Below are positions 28,553 through 37,671 of a DNA stretch of 45,997 nucleotides, piece by piece. Numbering within the stretch: the stretch's first letter is position 1; each line of letters starts with the position of its first letter. This stretch comes from Deinococcota bacterium (GTDB lineage: Bacteria > Deinococcota > Deinococci > Deinococcales > Thermaceae): the NCBI GenBank assembly GCA_041695225.1, contig JBGFRI010000012.1, positions 1-45,997 of the forward strand, read 5' to 3'. The notes beneath the pieces were generated by a model. It was not told the origin of the DNA. It searched no databases and saw nothing but the letters and a program-made list of their open reading frames with translations. A program made the position numbers and the translations under genes.

Positions 28553-31500
28553 GTGATACTGCCATTAAGGCTTCTTGCTAAACTGGAGAGAGTGGAAACC
28601 GGGGAAAAGCTAAAGGCCCTGCTACTCCCCCGCCTCAGGGGCGTGGTGCTCAAGCGGGCTGGGCTGGCCCTGGCGCTGTGGGGCGAGCCGGGCATCGGCA
28701 AGAGCCACTGCGCCCAGCAGCTTTTGCGCGAGACGGCCTGTGGCAGCTTTAGCTTTCACGCCCTGACGCCGCAGGGTGCCCTGGTAAGCCGCCTGCCTCG
28801 CCCGGGCAGGATTGCGGCCTGGGCCGAGCCAATGCTGCTCAAGTTGCAGCAGGGTGAAGCCCTGGATAGCAAAAGAACGGCAGAGGCCCTGGGAGCTTTG
28901 CTGGCGGCGCTGGCCCCGGTGGTGCTGCACATAGAAGACATCCACGAAGCAGGCCCGGAGGGCCTCGAGCTGCTACAGGCTCTGGCCGCCACTGCCCTGC
29001 GCACAAAAGGAGTGGCGCTGCTGGTCACCAGCCGCAGCGCACCCCCCGAACCTTTCGAGGAGTATCGCCTGGCACCCCTCTCGCCCGAAGCCTCGCAGAA
29101 GCTGCTCGAGGCCGAGATGGGCAGCCCCCTGCCCAAAGAAGCCCTGGACTGGATATATGGGCGCTCCCAGGGCAATCCGCTGTTCTGCTTAGAGTATCTG
29201 CGCTATCTGACCCGGCAGGGCTTTTTGTGGAGCGATGGGCGGGAGTGGCACTGGCGGCCCCCGCAGACGGGCGCCCTACCCCTCACCGTTGAGGCGCTGC
29301 TGGAGCGGTGGCTGCACGAGGTAGCCCACACCCCCACCCTGCGCCAGAACCTGGAAAGCAAGGCCCTGCTGGGGCTGGGGGCCGACCCTGCCGTCTGGGC
29401 CAAAGTAGCGGGGCTCTCGGCTCCAGAGCTGAACGCAGCCGGGCTGGCGTTGCAGCAGCAAGGCGTCCTTCGGGCGGGGGAGTTTGCCCACCCGCTCTAC
29501 CTGGAAGTGGTCCTGCACGGTCTGCTGCCGCAAGACCGGCGTGGGTATGCCCAGAGGGCGCTAGAGGCCCTGGCCGATCAGCCGCTGGCCGCCGCGCGCT
29601 ACCTCGAAGATGCCAGGCTGGAAACCGACGAAATCCTGGCCCGGTTGCAGAGGGCCGCCGAAGCCGCCCAACAGCGTGGGGATGACCTACAAGCCGCGCG
29701 GCTGCAAGCCAGGGCAGCTACCCACGCGCCTGCACCCCAGCGCTGCGAGTTGGCCGTTGCTGCCGCCCAGATCTTGAAGAAAGCCGACCAGCCCGCAGCT
29801 ATGCGGCTTTTACAGCTGGTTCTGCAAGACCAGCCCGACCATCTCGAGGCCCTCTACCTGCTGGCTGGCTGCCACGCCGACCGGGGCGAGTCGCAGGAAG
29901 TAGCGCGCCTGCTGGCCCGCATCCCCAACGACCAGAAGACCCAGCCCGAATGGGTCAAGCGCCGGATCGCCCTGCAGTTCGCCCTGGGCGACTACAAAGG
30001 GGTTCTGGAGTTGTGGGCGGCCCACCCGGCGCTGCAAGCCGACCCGGACCCGGCGCTGGCCTACAACATAAGCTTCGCCCGCACCCTGCAGGGCGACCAC
30101 ACGGGGGCCGAGATGATCACCCGAACCGCGCTGGATCGGCCCGATCTCTCGCTGCTGAGCAGGGCGCGGCTGCTGAGTGCGTGGGGGCTGTCGCATTTTT
30201 ACCGGAACGAGCTGCCAGCGGCCCTCACCATCTTCGACCAGGCAGTGACGGCAGCCCGGGGCGCGGGTGACCCGGCCTTCACTGCCTCCACCCTGCACAA
30301 CCGGGCCATGGTGAACGAGGAACTCAGCCGCGAGGCCGAGATGCTGGCCGATACCAAGGAGGCCCTGCGCCTGTACGCCGAAACCGGGCTCAGCCGGCAT
30401 TACGCCAGTACCCTGACCAAAAAAGCCCGCATCCTGCACGAGATGGGCCAGTACCAGCAGTCCGAGGAGGCGTTTCACCAGTGCCGGGAAATTTTGCTAC
30501 AAAGCGACGCCTCGAGCTTCCTGATCACCTGCTTGGTCCATCTCAGCAACCTCTACCTCGACTGGCAGCCCAGCTACGGCGCAACCCTGGCCCTGAAGCA
30601 CGTCGAACACGCGGTGGGGCTTGCGAAGCCGTTTGGCGGCCGCAAGCTCTTTATGGCCCTACACCAACTATCCAGAGTGGAAACCTGTTTGGGACGGGCC
30701 ACACAGGGGCTGGAAATAGCTGAGGTATGCCAGAAGATGGCCCAGGGTTTTGGGCTCAAACAACCCCAGTACCAGGCTCTGGCTGCCAAAGGGCTGGCCC
30801 TGGCCGAACTGGGTCACGCTGAAGCGGCCCGAACTTGCTTGCAGGAAGCCTATCAACTGGCCTCGGGCGCCGACTGGCAGGTGTATGCCGAGCGCATTGG
30901 CCTCGAGCTCGACCGCCTCACCGGAAACATAGAAAGCGCCCGTAACCGCTTGCACTGGTTCGAGGCCCGCGGCCTGCTGAACGGGGCCCAGCTGGCCCGC
31001 CGCTACTTCCCGCAGCTTGATCCGCGCCCTGTTCCAGGCCAGCCCCAGTCCCAGGCCCTACCCCCAGGGGGTGCGCGTAGCGCACACTCGCTATGCGAGT
31101 ATCCTAGCCTGGAAGTGCTGGGCCCCATGCAACTGAGGCTGGAGGGTAGAAGTGATGCCGTGCGGGGGCAGAAGCGCAAAGAGCTGCTGGCGGTGCTGCT
31201 CGAGGCTCGCATTTCCGGTCGCAACGAGGTGCCCACCCTGGAACTGCTAAAGCGCCTCTACCCTGGCGTACCCGACTCGGAAGCCGGCACTGCCCTCAGG
31301 CAGATAATCTTCCAGACCCGCGCCAGCCTGGGCCAGGGCCTCATCACCACCACCGCGGGGGGCTATGCGCTGGGGGCCGTGGAGAGCGATGTGGAGGTAT
31401 TCCTCAAAACCCAGCAGACCCGGCTGTGGCGCGGGGTGTACTGGCAGGACGTAAGCCTCGAGGCCGACGAGACCGTGCGGGGCGCCGTCTACCACGCCCT

Positions 31501-31744
31501 GCGCAGCAGCATCCGGGCCCGGCTGGAGGCCGACCCCAGCGAGGCTGCCCGGCTGGGCCGCATTCTGCTCGCGGCCGACCCCTACGACCTCGAGGCCCTG
31601 CGCCTGACCTGCCTGGCCCTGCGCCAGAGCGAAAACCACCGCGGCCTGGCCCAGCTATACCAGCAAGCCAGGGGCAATTTCCTCGAGGTCGGTGAAGTGT
31701 TGCCCGCCGACTGGGCGGCTTTTCTCGAGCCAGTAGCCAGGTAA
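28553..31744 (+). CDS. Large ATPase (STAND/AAA-like) + TPR + C-terminal SARP-type (wHTH-BTAD) transcriptional regulator
   Basis: Walker A GEPGIGKS, Walker B LHIEDIH, GNPLF motif, TPR-like middle, and C-terminal LEVLGP...LLAVLL...GY.L...DPYD.EALRL; start may be the GTG at 28592. Confidence 0.85.
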   Translation: MILPLRLLAKLERVETGEKLKALLLPRLRGVVLKRAGLALALWGEPGIGKSHCAQQLLRETACGSFSFHALTPQGALVSRLPRPGRIAAWAEPMLLKLQQGEALDSKRTAEALGALLAALAPVVLHIEDIHEAGPEGLELLQALAATALRTKGVALLVTSRSAPPEPFEEYRLAPLSPEASQKLLEAEMGSPLPKEALDWIYGRSQGNPLFCLEYLRYLTRQGFLWSDGREWHWRPPQTGALPLTVEALLERWLHEVAHTPTLRQNLESKALLGLGADPAVWAKVAGLSAPELNAAGLALQQQGVLRAGEFAHPLYLEVVLHGLLPQDRRGYAQRALEALADQPLAAARYLEDARLETDEILARLQRAAEAAQQRGDDLQAARLQARAATHAPAPQRCELAVAAAQILKKADQPAAMRLLQLVLQDQPDHLEALYLLAGCHADRGESQEVARLLARIPNDQKTQPEWVKRRIALQFALGDYKGVLELWAAHPALQADPDPALAYNISFARTLQGDHTGAEMITRTALDRPDLSLLSRARLLSAWGLSHFYRNELPAALTIFDQAVTAARGAGDPAFTASTLHNRAMVNEELSREAEMLADTKEALRLYAETGLSRHYASTLTKKARILHEMGQYQQSEEAFHQCREILLQSDASSFLITCLVHLSNLYLDWQPSYGATLALKHVEHAVGLAKPFGGRKLFMALHQLSRVETCLGRATQGLEIAEVCQKMAQGFGLKQPQYQALAAKGLALAELGHAEAARTCLQEAYQLASGADWQVYAERIGLELDRLTGNIESARNRLHWFEARGLLNGAQLARRYFPQLDPRPVPGQPQSQALPPGGARSAHSLCEYPSLEVLGPMQLRLEGRSDAVRGQKRKELLAVLLEARISGRNEVPTLELLKRLYPGVPDSEAGTALRQIIFQTRASLGQGLITTTAGGYALGAVESDVEVFLKTQQTRLWRGVYWQDVSLEADETVRGAVYHALRSSIRARLEADPSEAARLGRILLAADPYDLEALRLTCLALRQSENHRGLAQLYQQARGNFLEVGEVLPADWAAFLEPVAR

Positions 31745-31877
31745 GTCTCTCCCGGTTAGAACGGGGCCGTGTGTCGGAGCCTGCACCGAGGCTGCGCCCT
31801 CGCAAGGCTGTGCTGAGAACTGACCACAACAAGCCTGGCTGGTAAGGCGGGGCTGCTCCTGGAGTATAATAAAAGGC

Positions 31878-32207
31878 ATGACCCTGGGTATTGCTGCCCA
31901 TTCTCCTCCCCTCAGTACCGACGCCGATGGTGTGGTGCGTGTGGGTACTACGCGGGTAAGCCTGGACACGCTCATCGCGGCATTTCTAGAGGGTGCGACA
32001 GCCGAGGAGATTGCCCAGCAGTATCCCTCCCTGTCGCTTAGGGATGTTTACGCGGTTATCAGTTACTACCTGAACCACCCCGCCGAGGTGAACGACTACT
32101 TGCGCGAGCGAGGGCGCCAGGCCGCAGAGGTCCGCATGCAGAACGAGTATCGCTTCGATCCAGAGGGCATTCGCGATCGCCTCCTGGCCCGGCGGGCGAG
32201 GGGATAA
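31878..32207 (+). CDS. DUF433-family protein (antitoxin type), no partner gene
   Basis: RVGTTRVSLD..I..F.EG.TAEEI.QQYPSLSLRDVYAVISYY; TATAAT-N7-ATG start. Confidence 0.88.
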   Translation: MTLGIAAHSPPLSTDADGVVRVGTTRVSLDTLIAAFLEGATAEEIAQQYPSLSLRDVYAVISYYLNHPAEVNDYLRERGRQAAEVRMQNEYRFDPEGIRDRLLARRARG

Positions 32208-32451
32208 GCGGCAGGTAAAGGACACGCCTCTCCCACCGCGCCAATCTTGCCTATACTCGATACTGTATAGGGCAGCGTGGCCGGATTGACCACGTAGAGG
32301 TGCTGGGTATACACCTTCCCCAGACCGGGGAGTTCCATCGGCTGCCCGTTGGGCTGATCGGATCGCGGAAACCACCCCTGCTCAACGTGGTGATGAGGGC
32401 GATAGTTGGAGTGAGGGTGACGGGGGCTCTTACCTATGGCAAGATGAGGTT

Positions 32452-32727
32452 ATGTCCAGTACCCGCCTTTCTAGCAAGGGCCAGGTAGTGCTGCCCAAAG
32501 TCGTCCGGGAGGCCTTGCGCCTGGCAGCGGGCGACGAGCTGCTGGTGACAGTAGAAGGCCAGTCTGTACGCCTGACCCCCCGGCGTAAGGGCATCCGCCA
32601 GGTGCTGGCTGGTCTCCAAGGGCATCTTCCCAGCCGCAGTTTAGAGCCTGATGCTCTGTTTGCAGCCGAAAAGGCCGCGGCCCGTGAGCGGTGGACCTGT
32701 CCTGAGCCTGCCGAATGGAGCCGTTAA
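32452..32727 (+). CDS. AbrB/MazE/SpoVT-family antitoxin, no partner gene
   Basis: TRLSSKGQVVLPKVVREAL...GDEL; the C-terminus runs into a REP-like TGTCCTGAGCCTGCCGAA. Confidence 0.85.
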   Translation: MSSTRLSSKGQVVLPKVVREALRLAAGDELLVTVEGQSVRLTPRRKGIRQVLAGLQGHLPSRSLEPDALFAAEKAAARERWTCPEPAEWSR

Positions 32728-32773
32728 TTTCCAGTCCGCCGGACTCAGCTAGCACCGGGGCTGCAGGCCGACA

Positions 32774-33052
32774 TCAGTAATGGTAGCGGGCCTGCAAAAA
32801 CTCGATGCGATCTTCGCTGACCACATACACCACCCGATGCTCTTGGGTAAGGCGCCGCGACCACACGTCGGCGCCAAGATAGCGCAGCGGCTCCGGTTTC
32901 CCGATGCCGCCAAACGGATCGCGGAGCACTGCCTCTATAATGGTCAAGACCCGCAACGCCAGCTTCCGGTCGGTTTCCACCCAGTAGCGCAGATCCTCGC
33001 GAAACTCCGGATGGAATACTGCCTCACGCGTTCGCGGCTCCCTAGGGCGCAC
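32774..33052 (-). CDS. yoeB: Txe/YoeB-family toxin
   Basis: GIGKPEPL, WSRRLTQEHRVVY and C-terminal RYHY. Confidence 0.93.
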   Translation of the reverse strand: MRPREPRTREAVFHPEFREDLRYWVETDRKLALRVLTIIEAVLRDPFGGIGKPEPLRYLGADVWSRRLTQEHRVVYVVSEDRIEFLQARYHY

Positions 33053-33329
33053 TTTGCAGCCCCACCTCGCGTTGCAACGCCGCTAGGCTCATGGGCTCCT
33101 CACCCCGCTCTCTAACCCGCGCCAGCGCTCTTAGCAGGCGCTCGGCGTTCCGGGGCGAGCGGAACAGGTGCGCGGTCTCGAGCAGGCTAACGAGCTCGTC
33201 GGCGGCAATCAGCGCAACGTCCTCGGCGTTGCGGCGGCGGATGATGACGATCTGCCGGTCCTGAGCCGCAGCGTCGCAAAGTTCGGCGAGATGCGCGCGG
33301 GCGTGTGTGTAGGTTGTCTCAATGGACAT
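33042..33329 (-). CDS. yefM: Phd/YefM-family antitoxin
   Basis: TYTHARAHLAELCD...LLETAHLFRSPRNAERL. Confidence 0.93.
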   Translation of the reverse strand: MSIETTYTHARAHLAELCDAAAQDRQIVIIRRRNAEDVALIAADELVSLLETAHLFRSPRNAERLLRALARVRERGEEPMSLAALQREVGLQSAP

Positions 33330-33343
33330 ACAGTCTCCAGATA

Positions 33344-33362
33344 CGTACAGCTCTACTGTACA
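33344..33362 (-). promoter_or_regulatory. YefM-type operator
   Basis: cGTACAG-CTCTA-CTGTACa palindrome containing TGTACA-like cores just upstream of yefM. Confidence 0.6.
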
Positions 33363-33856
33363 TGTTCAGTGGCAGCAGGTCAAGGCGGCCTTGTCACGGT
33401 TGTTAACTTCCGCCCCGGCGCGGCGCTCAGAGCAAACGAAGGCGGCATTCTGGTCTGGGTAGCGTGAAGCGCGCGGTCAGTACACCCGAATCCCGTTGTT
33501 GACACCCAGGGTGGAAAAGTACTGGTCATTGAAGTAGGGCGCACCCTCCGCGACATAGGTTCCCGGCTCGAGCCGGAGGCCGTTCAACCACATCTCGCTC
33601 AGGGTGATGAAGCCAGGTTCGGCTCTTCACGATCTGGCCGGGCGTCCAGAAGCTACACGCCGGTGCTCGCCAGCACGGCCCACGCAAAGCCGGGCTCAGG
33701 TCTAAGGCCCTCGCCTCACCCCCGAAGACCAGCCCGGCTGCACGTCCCCAGCAGGGTTACGGCTGAGCCTGGGCTGGTCTGTCTCAAAGAACTATTACTA
33801 TGCCGGATGGCCTGGGCAGTACAGGCAGAGGGCCTGACCACCCAGGTGCGGCCCGG

Positions 33857-36514
33857 CTAGTTGAGCTGCCCGGTTACGTAGGTGCAGGAACCGCTCCACA
33901 CCAGGGCTTCTTTGTCGCGGCTTGGGTCGGGTGCGTTCACGCGCACCCTCACGTAGCAGGGGTTCGTGACTGTTACGTGGTTGCCGGGCGAACGGGGCTC
34001 GAAGGTCGGGTTTGGCGAACGAACGACGTGGTTGCCGTCGAGGATAGTCCACCGGCCACTTACCCGCACGAAGACAGTCCAGTCGTAGGTGAGGCTCTCG
34101 TTGGCGGGGTTCTCGACCGTCACGCCTGCGAAGAAGCGCCGCGGCGGGTTTTGGCCGCCGGGGACGCAACCCAGATCGCGGAAGTCTATGGTTGTGCCGT
34201 TGGCTACCCTGCGGTCAAAGCAAAACCCCAACGTGGGATGGCGGTCCCGCGCAAACATCCCGGAATCGGTGATCCGCGGATAGGGGTTGGCGGGCGGCGG
34301 CAGTACGTTGAGGGTCACGATGGCCGTTCCCACCGCCCCTTCGCTGTCGCGGGTTCTGACCTGCACCGTGCGTAGCCCGGTTGTCCCAAAAGTCACGTTG
34401 ACCTGACAACCGGTCGTGGGGGACAAGGTGTCGGACGCGGGCACCGTCCAGGTGGTATGGGGACAGAGCTGGTTCGGGTCAGCCTCGTTGATGTCGCTAA
34501 TCTGCACGGCCATCGGATAGGCCTCGCCCTGGCGCGGCTGGCCGCTGAAGACTAAGCTGAGGCTGGGTGGGGTGTTGACCACCTCGAGGGTCAGTGTGGT
34601 CGCGGCTGAAGACGGGCCGTGGCGGGCGCTAAGGGTCAGGGTGGGGCGGCTTACGCTGGTGAAGGTGTAGGGCAGGCTGGGGGGAACCAGCTGGTCGGGC
34701 GCGATGCTCCAGGGGCCGTCGTAGATGGTGCCCAGGCCGGGCGCGCTCACGGTCAGGGCCACGCTCCTGGCGTAGGGGTGCGTCACCCTGAAGAAGCGGG
34801 CAATGTCGGTAGAGACGCGCAGGTCGGAGCGGCGCGGCTCATCGGTCAGGGTGATGGTGGGCGCGATGCTGCCCCCCGGCGTGGCCTGCTCCCGCCTCCA
34901 GGCCTCGCTACGGCGTCCGTCGAACTGCAGCACGCTCAACGAGGTGAAGAGGCGTTGCACATAGTCCGCCGGGACGTAGTAGTAGCCGCCGTCGCCCGCG
35001 CCGCAGCCCCAGGAGTTCTTCACTATAAAGTAACCGCCGCCGCCCACGTTGACGGGGGTGAGGGGAGTAGACATCTGCTGGTTGCTCAAAAAGCCGACGA
35101 TCTGCACGGCGTGGCCGCCGCAGTCTTTGCCGGCCTTGTTGCCGCAGGCCGTGGTGTAGTCGCTGACCACGCCGGCGGGCGCATTCGAGAAGCCACCGTA
35201 GACATTGAACGTGGCCAGCAAGACGTGCCCTTGGCGGAGCAGCAGCCGGTAGCGGTTGAGGTCGAAGGTCTGGCCGTTTGCCCAGAGTTGCAGCGCCCGG
35301 CTCGCGGCGACGCCGGGGCCGCCAAAATTCACCCTGGCGTAGCTGCACACCGTGACGATGAAGGTCGAGCAGGCCCGGCGGCTCTGGTGGGCGGTCTCGG
35401 AGCAGGTGCCTCGGTTCGGCCCGATGCCATAGGGGTCGCAAGCGCGCGCGTAGGCTTCTTTTTTGCCGTCCTCCACATCATCCGGGCGTTTGGGGGACTG
35501 GTTGTAGGTCCAGGACGCTTCGTTGAGCAGCGCCTGTCTCTTGTCGGCCGCGGTGTTTAGCGCCTTCAGAGCTTTGTAGCCCTCGGAGTAGTCGCTGGAG
35601 TCCCAGTCTTGCTTGACCTTGTTGATCAGGAACTGCTCGGAGAGGTTGACCCGGTTGTTGTTCTGCACCCGCTCACGGCTTTCAACCGCGCCAATGGCCG
35701 CGAAGGCCCAGCAGCTCCCGCGCCTGCCCTGGTTTTTCATGGGCGAGATGAAGTACTTCAGGGGGAACCAGTGCCTGGCCGCCAGGCCGCTGGGGGCGGC
35801 ACACGGATCGTCCTCGTCGCGGCCCTGGCCCGGCCTGAGGAGGGCCTGGGTGCTCAGTTCAGGCGTACTAGACTCCGCCGCCCAGGTCGGAGCGGCCTCG
35901 AGCCGGGTGTTGTCGAGGTTCTGGATCCCCTCCAGCAGCGCGTCTAACTTGCTCAGCTCCACGCGGATCTGGTCGGCGCTTCGGCCCACCAGGCTCTCCG
36001 GCGTAGCTGCTCTGGGTTTCAAATCCTCCGGCAGCAGCGAATAAGTCTGGCGGTAGTCCTCAAGCGCGTTCTCGGCGCTCTGGGCCGCCTGGGTTATCAG
36101 TACGGCGTTGCGGAGCTGGGTGCCTAGCCCGAAGAGCATGATCGGGCCGCTGGGCGTCTGGATGGGCAGGTCGCCCTGGTAGCCGGGTGCGGCGTTCGCA
36201 GCCTCGAGCAGCTCTCGCACCCACGGGCTGGGGTTGGGGAGGGCCGCCACAAAGGCCCTGTCCTGCTGGAATTGACGCTCCAGAGTGGCGATCTGCTTCT
36301 CCTCGGTCTGGGCGACTACCAGCTCGCCCGCCGCCACCCGCCGCCGGAACTCGTCCGGACTGAGGATTTCGGCGTCGGCTGGAATCTCGCCCTGCCAGGC
36401 GTTCTCTTCGGTGAAGACGGTTTCTGCCGGCGGTTGCTGCTGCGGGCAGGCCACCAGCACGACGGCCAGGGTCAGGCCGATAAGGAGCTGAATAGCTGTT
36501 TTCATTGTCTTCAT
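33857..36514 (-). CDS. Papain-family (C1) cysteine peptidase lipoprotein with C-terminal beta-rich (PKD/Ig-like) region
   Basis: Lipobox LVA-C; NQGRRGSCWAFA, LSEQ, GGHAV and KNSWG catalytic motifs; Thr/Val-rich C-terminus; GGAGG RBS. Confidence 0.9.
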   Translation of the reverse strand: MKTMKTAIQLLIGLTLAVVLVACPQQQPPAETVFTEENAWQGEIPADAEILSPDEFRRRVAAGELVVAQTEEKQIATLERQFQQDRAFVAALPNPSPWVRELLEAANAAPGYQGDLPIQTPSGPIMLFGLGTQLRNAVLITQAAQSAENALEDYRQTYSLLPEDLKPRAATPESLVGRSADQIRVELSKLDALLEGIQNLDNTRLEAAPTWAAESSTPELSTQALLRPGQGRDEDDPCAAPSGLAARHWFPLKYFISPMKNQGRRGSCWAFAAIGAVESRERVQNNNRVNLSEQFLINKVKQDWDSSDYSEGYKALKALNTAADKRQALLNEASWTYNQSPKRPDDVEDGKKEAYARACDPYGIGPNRGTCSETAHQSRRACSTFIVTVCSYARVNFGGPGVAASRALQLWANGQTFDLNRYRLLLRQGHVLLATFNVYGGFSNAPAGVVSDYTTACGNKAGKDCGGHAVQIVGFLSNQQMSTPLTPVNVGGGGYFIVKNSWGCGAGDGGYYYVPADYVQRLFTSLSVLQFDGRRSEAWRREQATPGGSIAPTITLTDEPRRSDLRVSTDIARFFRVTHPYARSVALTVSAPGLGTIYDGPWSIAPDQLVPPSLPYTFTSVSRPTLTLSARHGPSSAATTLTLEVVNTPPSLSLVFSGQPRQGEAYPMAVQISDINEADPNQLCPHTTWTVPASDTLSPTTGCQVNVTFGTTGLRTVQVRTRDSEGAVGTAIVTLNVLPPPANPYPRITDSGMFARDRHPTLGFCFDRRVANGTTIDFRDLGCVPGGQNPPRRFFAGVTVENPANESLTYDWTVFVRVSGRWTILDGNHVVRSPNPTFEPRSPGNHVTVTNPCYVRVRVNAPDPSRDKEALVWSGSCTYVTGQLN

Positions 36515-36620
36515 ACTTTCCTCCGGGGTTCAGCGATTCGGGAGTGATTGCCGCAAAGTCTCAGGGTGGCAGCGGGTCAGCTTCACCGCGAGCACCAGCA
36601 GCAGGCCAATAGCGAGGGTT

Positions 36621-36842
36621 CTAGCTCTGGTCAGCTTCACCTCCTCTCTCAGGCACTGAGGAGGCAAAGTCGCAGCCGCACCTGACGCAGAAGCGGCTGT
36701 AGGGCGAGGTGATGGGCGCGCTGCAGGCGGGGCAGGTGGTCAGGAGCTTTACGCCGTCGTTGGGGCAGTAGGCCTCTGCGGATGCTTCCGGCACTGCCCG
36801 GAAGCAGCGCGGGCAGAGGCGGTAGGCGACAAGCGTTTTCAT
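36621..36842 (-). CDS. Small double zinc-ribbon protein
   Basis: CPRC, CPND, CPAC and CVRC motifs; GGAGG RBS. Confidence 0.85.
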   Translation of the reverse strand: MKTLVAYRLCPRCFRAVPEASAEAYCPNDGVKLLTTCPACSAPITSPYSRFCVRCGCDFASSVPERGGEADQS

Positions 36843-36879
36843 AGGTCGGGCCTCCTCTGGTCAAACCTTAGTGGAGGCC

Positions 36880-36899
36880 CGGTTATATGGCGGTTATAT
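36880..36899 (-). promoter_or_regulatory. Direct-repeat operator (11-bp period) upstream of the zinc-ribbon/peptidase operon
   Basis: CGGTTATAT-GG-CGGTTATAT just upstream of a TAAGGT -10-like hexamer on the minus strand. Confidence 0.55.
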
Positions 36900-36981
36900 T
36901 TTGGCGCAGCTATAGTTAGGGTTTGCTCTGAGGACGCCCTGGGTGTTCGGTGAGGGTGTGTGCAAAGTGGTGATGCTTCAT

Positions 36982-37014
36982 ACCTCACCAATCCTGCTAC
37001 AATATTGGTGAGGT
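36982..37014 (+). promoter_or_regulatory. vapBC promoter/operator
   Basis: Perfect inverted repeat ACCTCACCAAT...ATTGGTGAGGT enclosing TGcTACAAT. Confidence 0.7.
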
Positions 37015-37020
37015 GACACG

Positions 37021-37239
37021 ATGCGCACCACAGTAACGATCCCCGACGAGAAGATGGACGAACTGTTGGCGATTACGGAGGCGCACTCCAAAACGCAGGC
37101 AGTCAATGAGGCGATCGAAGCGTTCATTCGCAGGCATCGCCTGCAGCAGTTGCGGGCATTCAAGGGGAAGGTTGAGGTCCTTTCCAACGATGAGATTGAA
37201 GCCCTGGAGATAGCAGACCTTGCTGCGCTCGACAAGTGA
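37021..37239 (+). CDS. vapB: VapB-type antitoxin
   Basis: MRTTVTIPD...SKTQAVNEAIE (RHH-like), upstream of a PIN gene. Confidence 0.88.
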   Translation: MRTTVTIPDEKMDELLAITEAHSKTQAVNEAIEAFIRRHRLQQLRAFKGKVEVLSNDEIEALEIADLAALDK

Positions 37240-37612
37240 GTTAGTGCTGGTCGATACCAGCGCCTGGATCGACTTCTTTCGCGGTCATGAGCCGGTTGCG
37301 TCACTGGTCGACCAGGCGTTGAACCGGGGCGCGGCTGCTATCTGCGGGATGGTGGAGCTGGAGCTTCGTCAAGGGTTGCGCCCCGGCGAGGAGCGTGTCT
37401 TGTTGGCCCTGCAAGCGACCGAACGCATCGCCACGCAAGAGGCCGACTTTGCGCGGGCGGGGGACCTGTTAGCAACGCTCAGACAGCGCGGCATCAGCGT
37501 TCCGGGGAGCGACGGCCTCATCGCCCACCTGGCGGTGCGGCACAACCTGCCCATGCTCGAGCACGACCGTCATTTCGAGCAGATCCCTGGTCTGGTAAGA
37601 CTCCGCAGCTAG
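37220..37612 (+). CDS. vapC: VapC PIN-domain toxin
   Basis: LVDTSAWIDF, ELRQG, SDGLIA and DRHF; start is the TTG at 37220 or the GTG at 37244. Confidence 0.9.
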   Translation: MLRSTSELVLVDTSAWIDFFRGHEPVASLVDQALNRGAAAICGMVELELRQGLRPGEERVLLALQATERIATQEADFARAGDLLATLRQRGISVPGSDGLIAHLAVRHNLPMLEHDRHFEQIPGLVRLRS

Positions 37613-37671
37613 CTATCGCTGGGTGGCCCTTACCCCGGTGACCTTGTCAGGAAGCTCCGCCAGTCTTCTAA

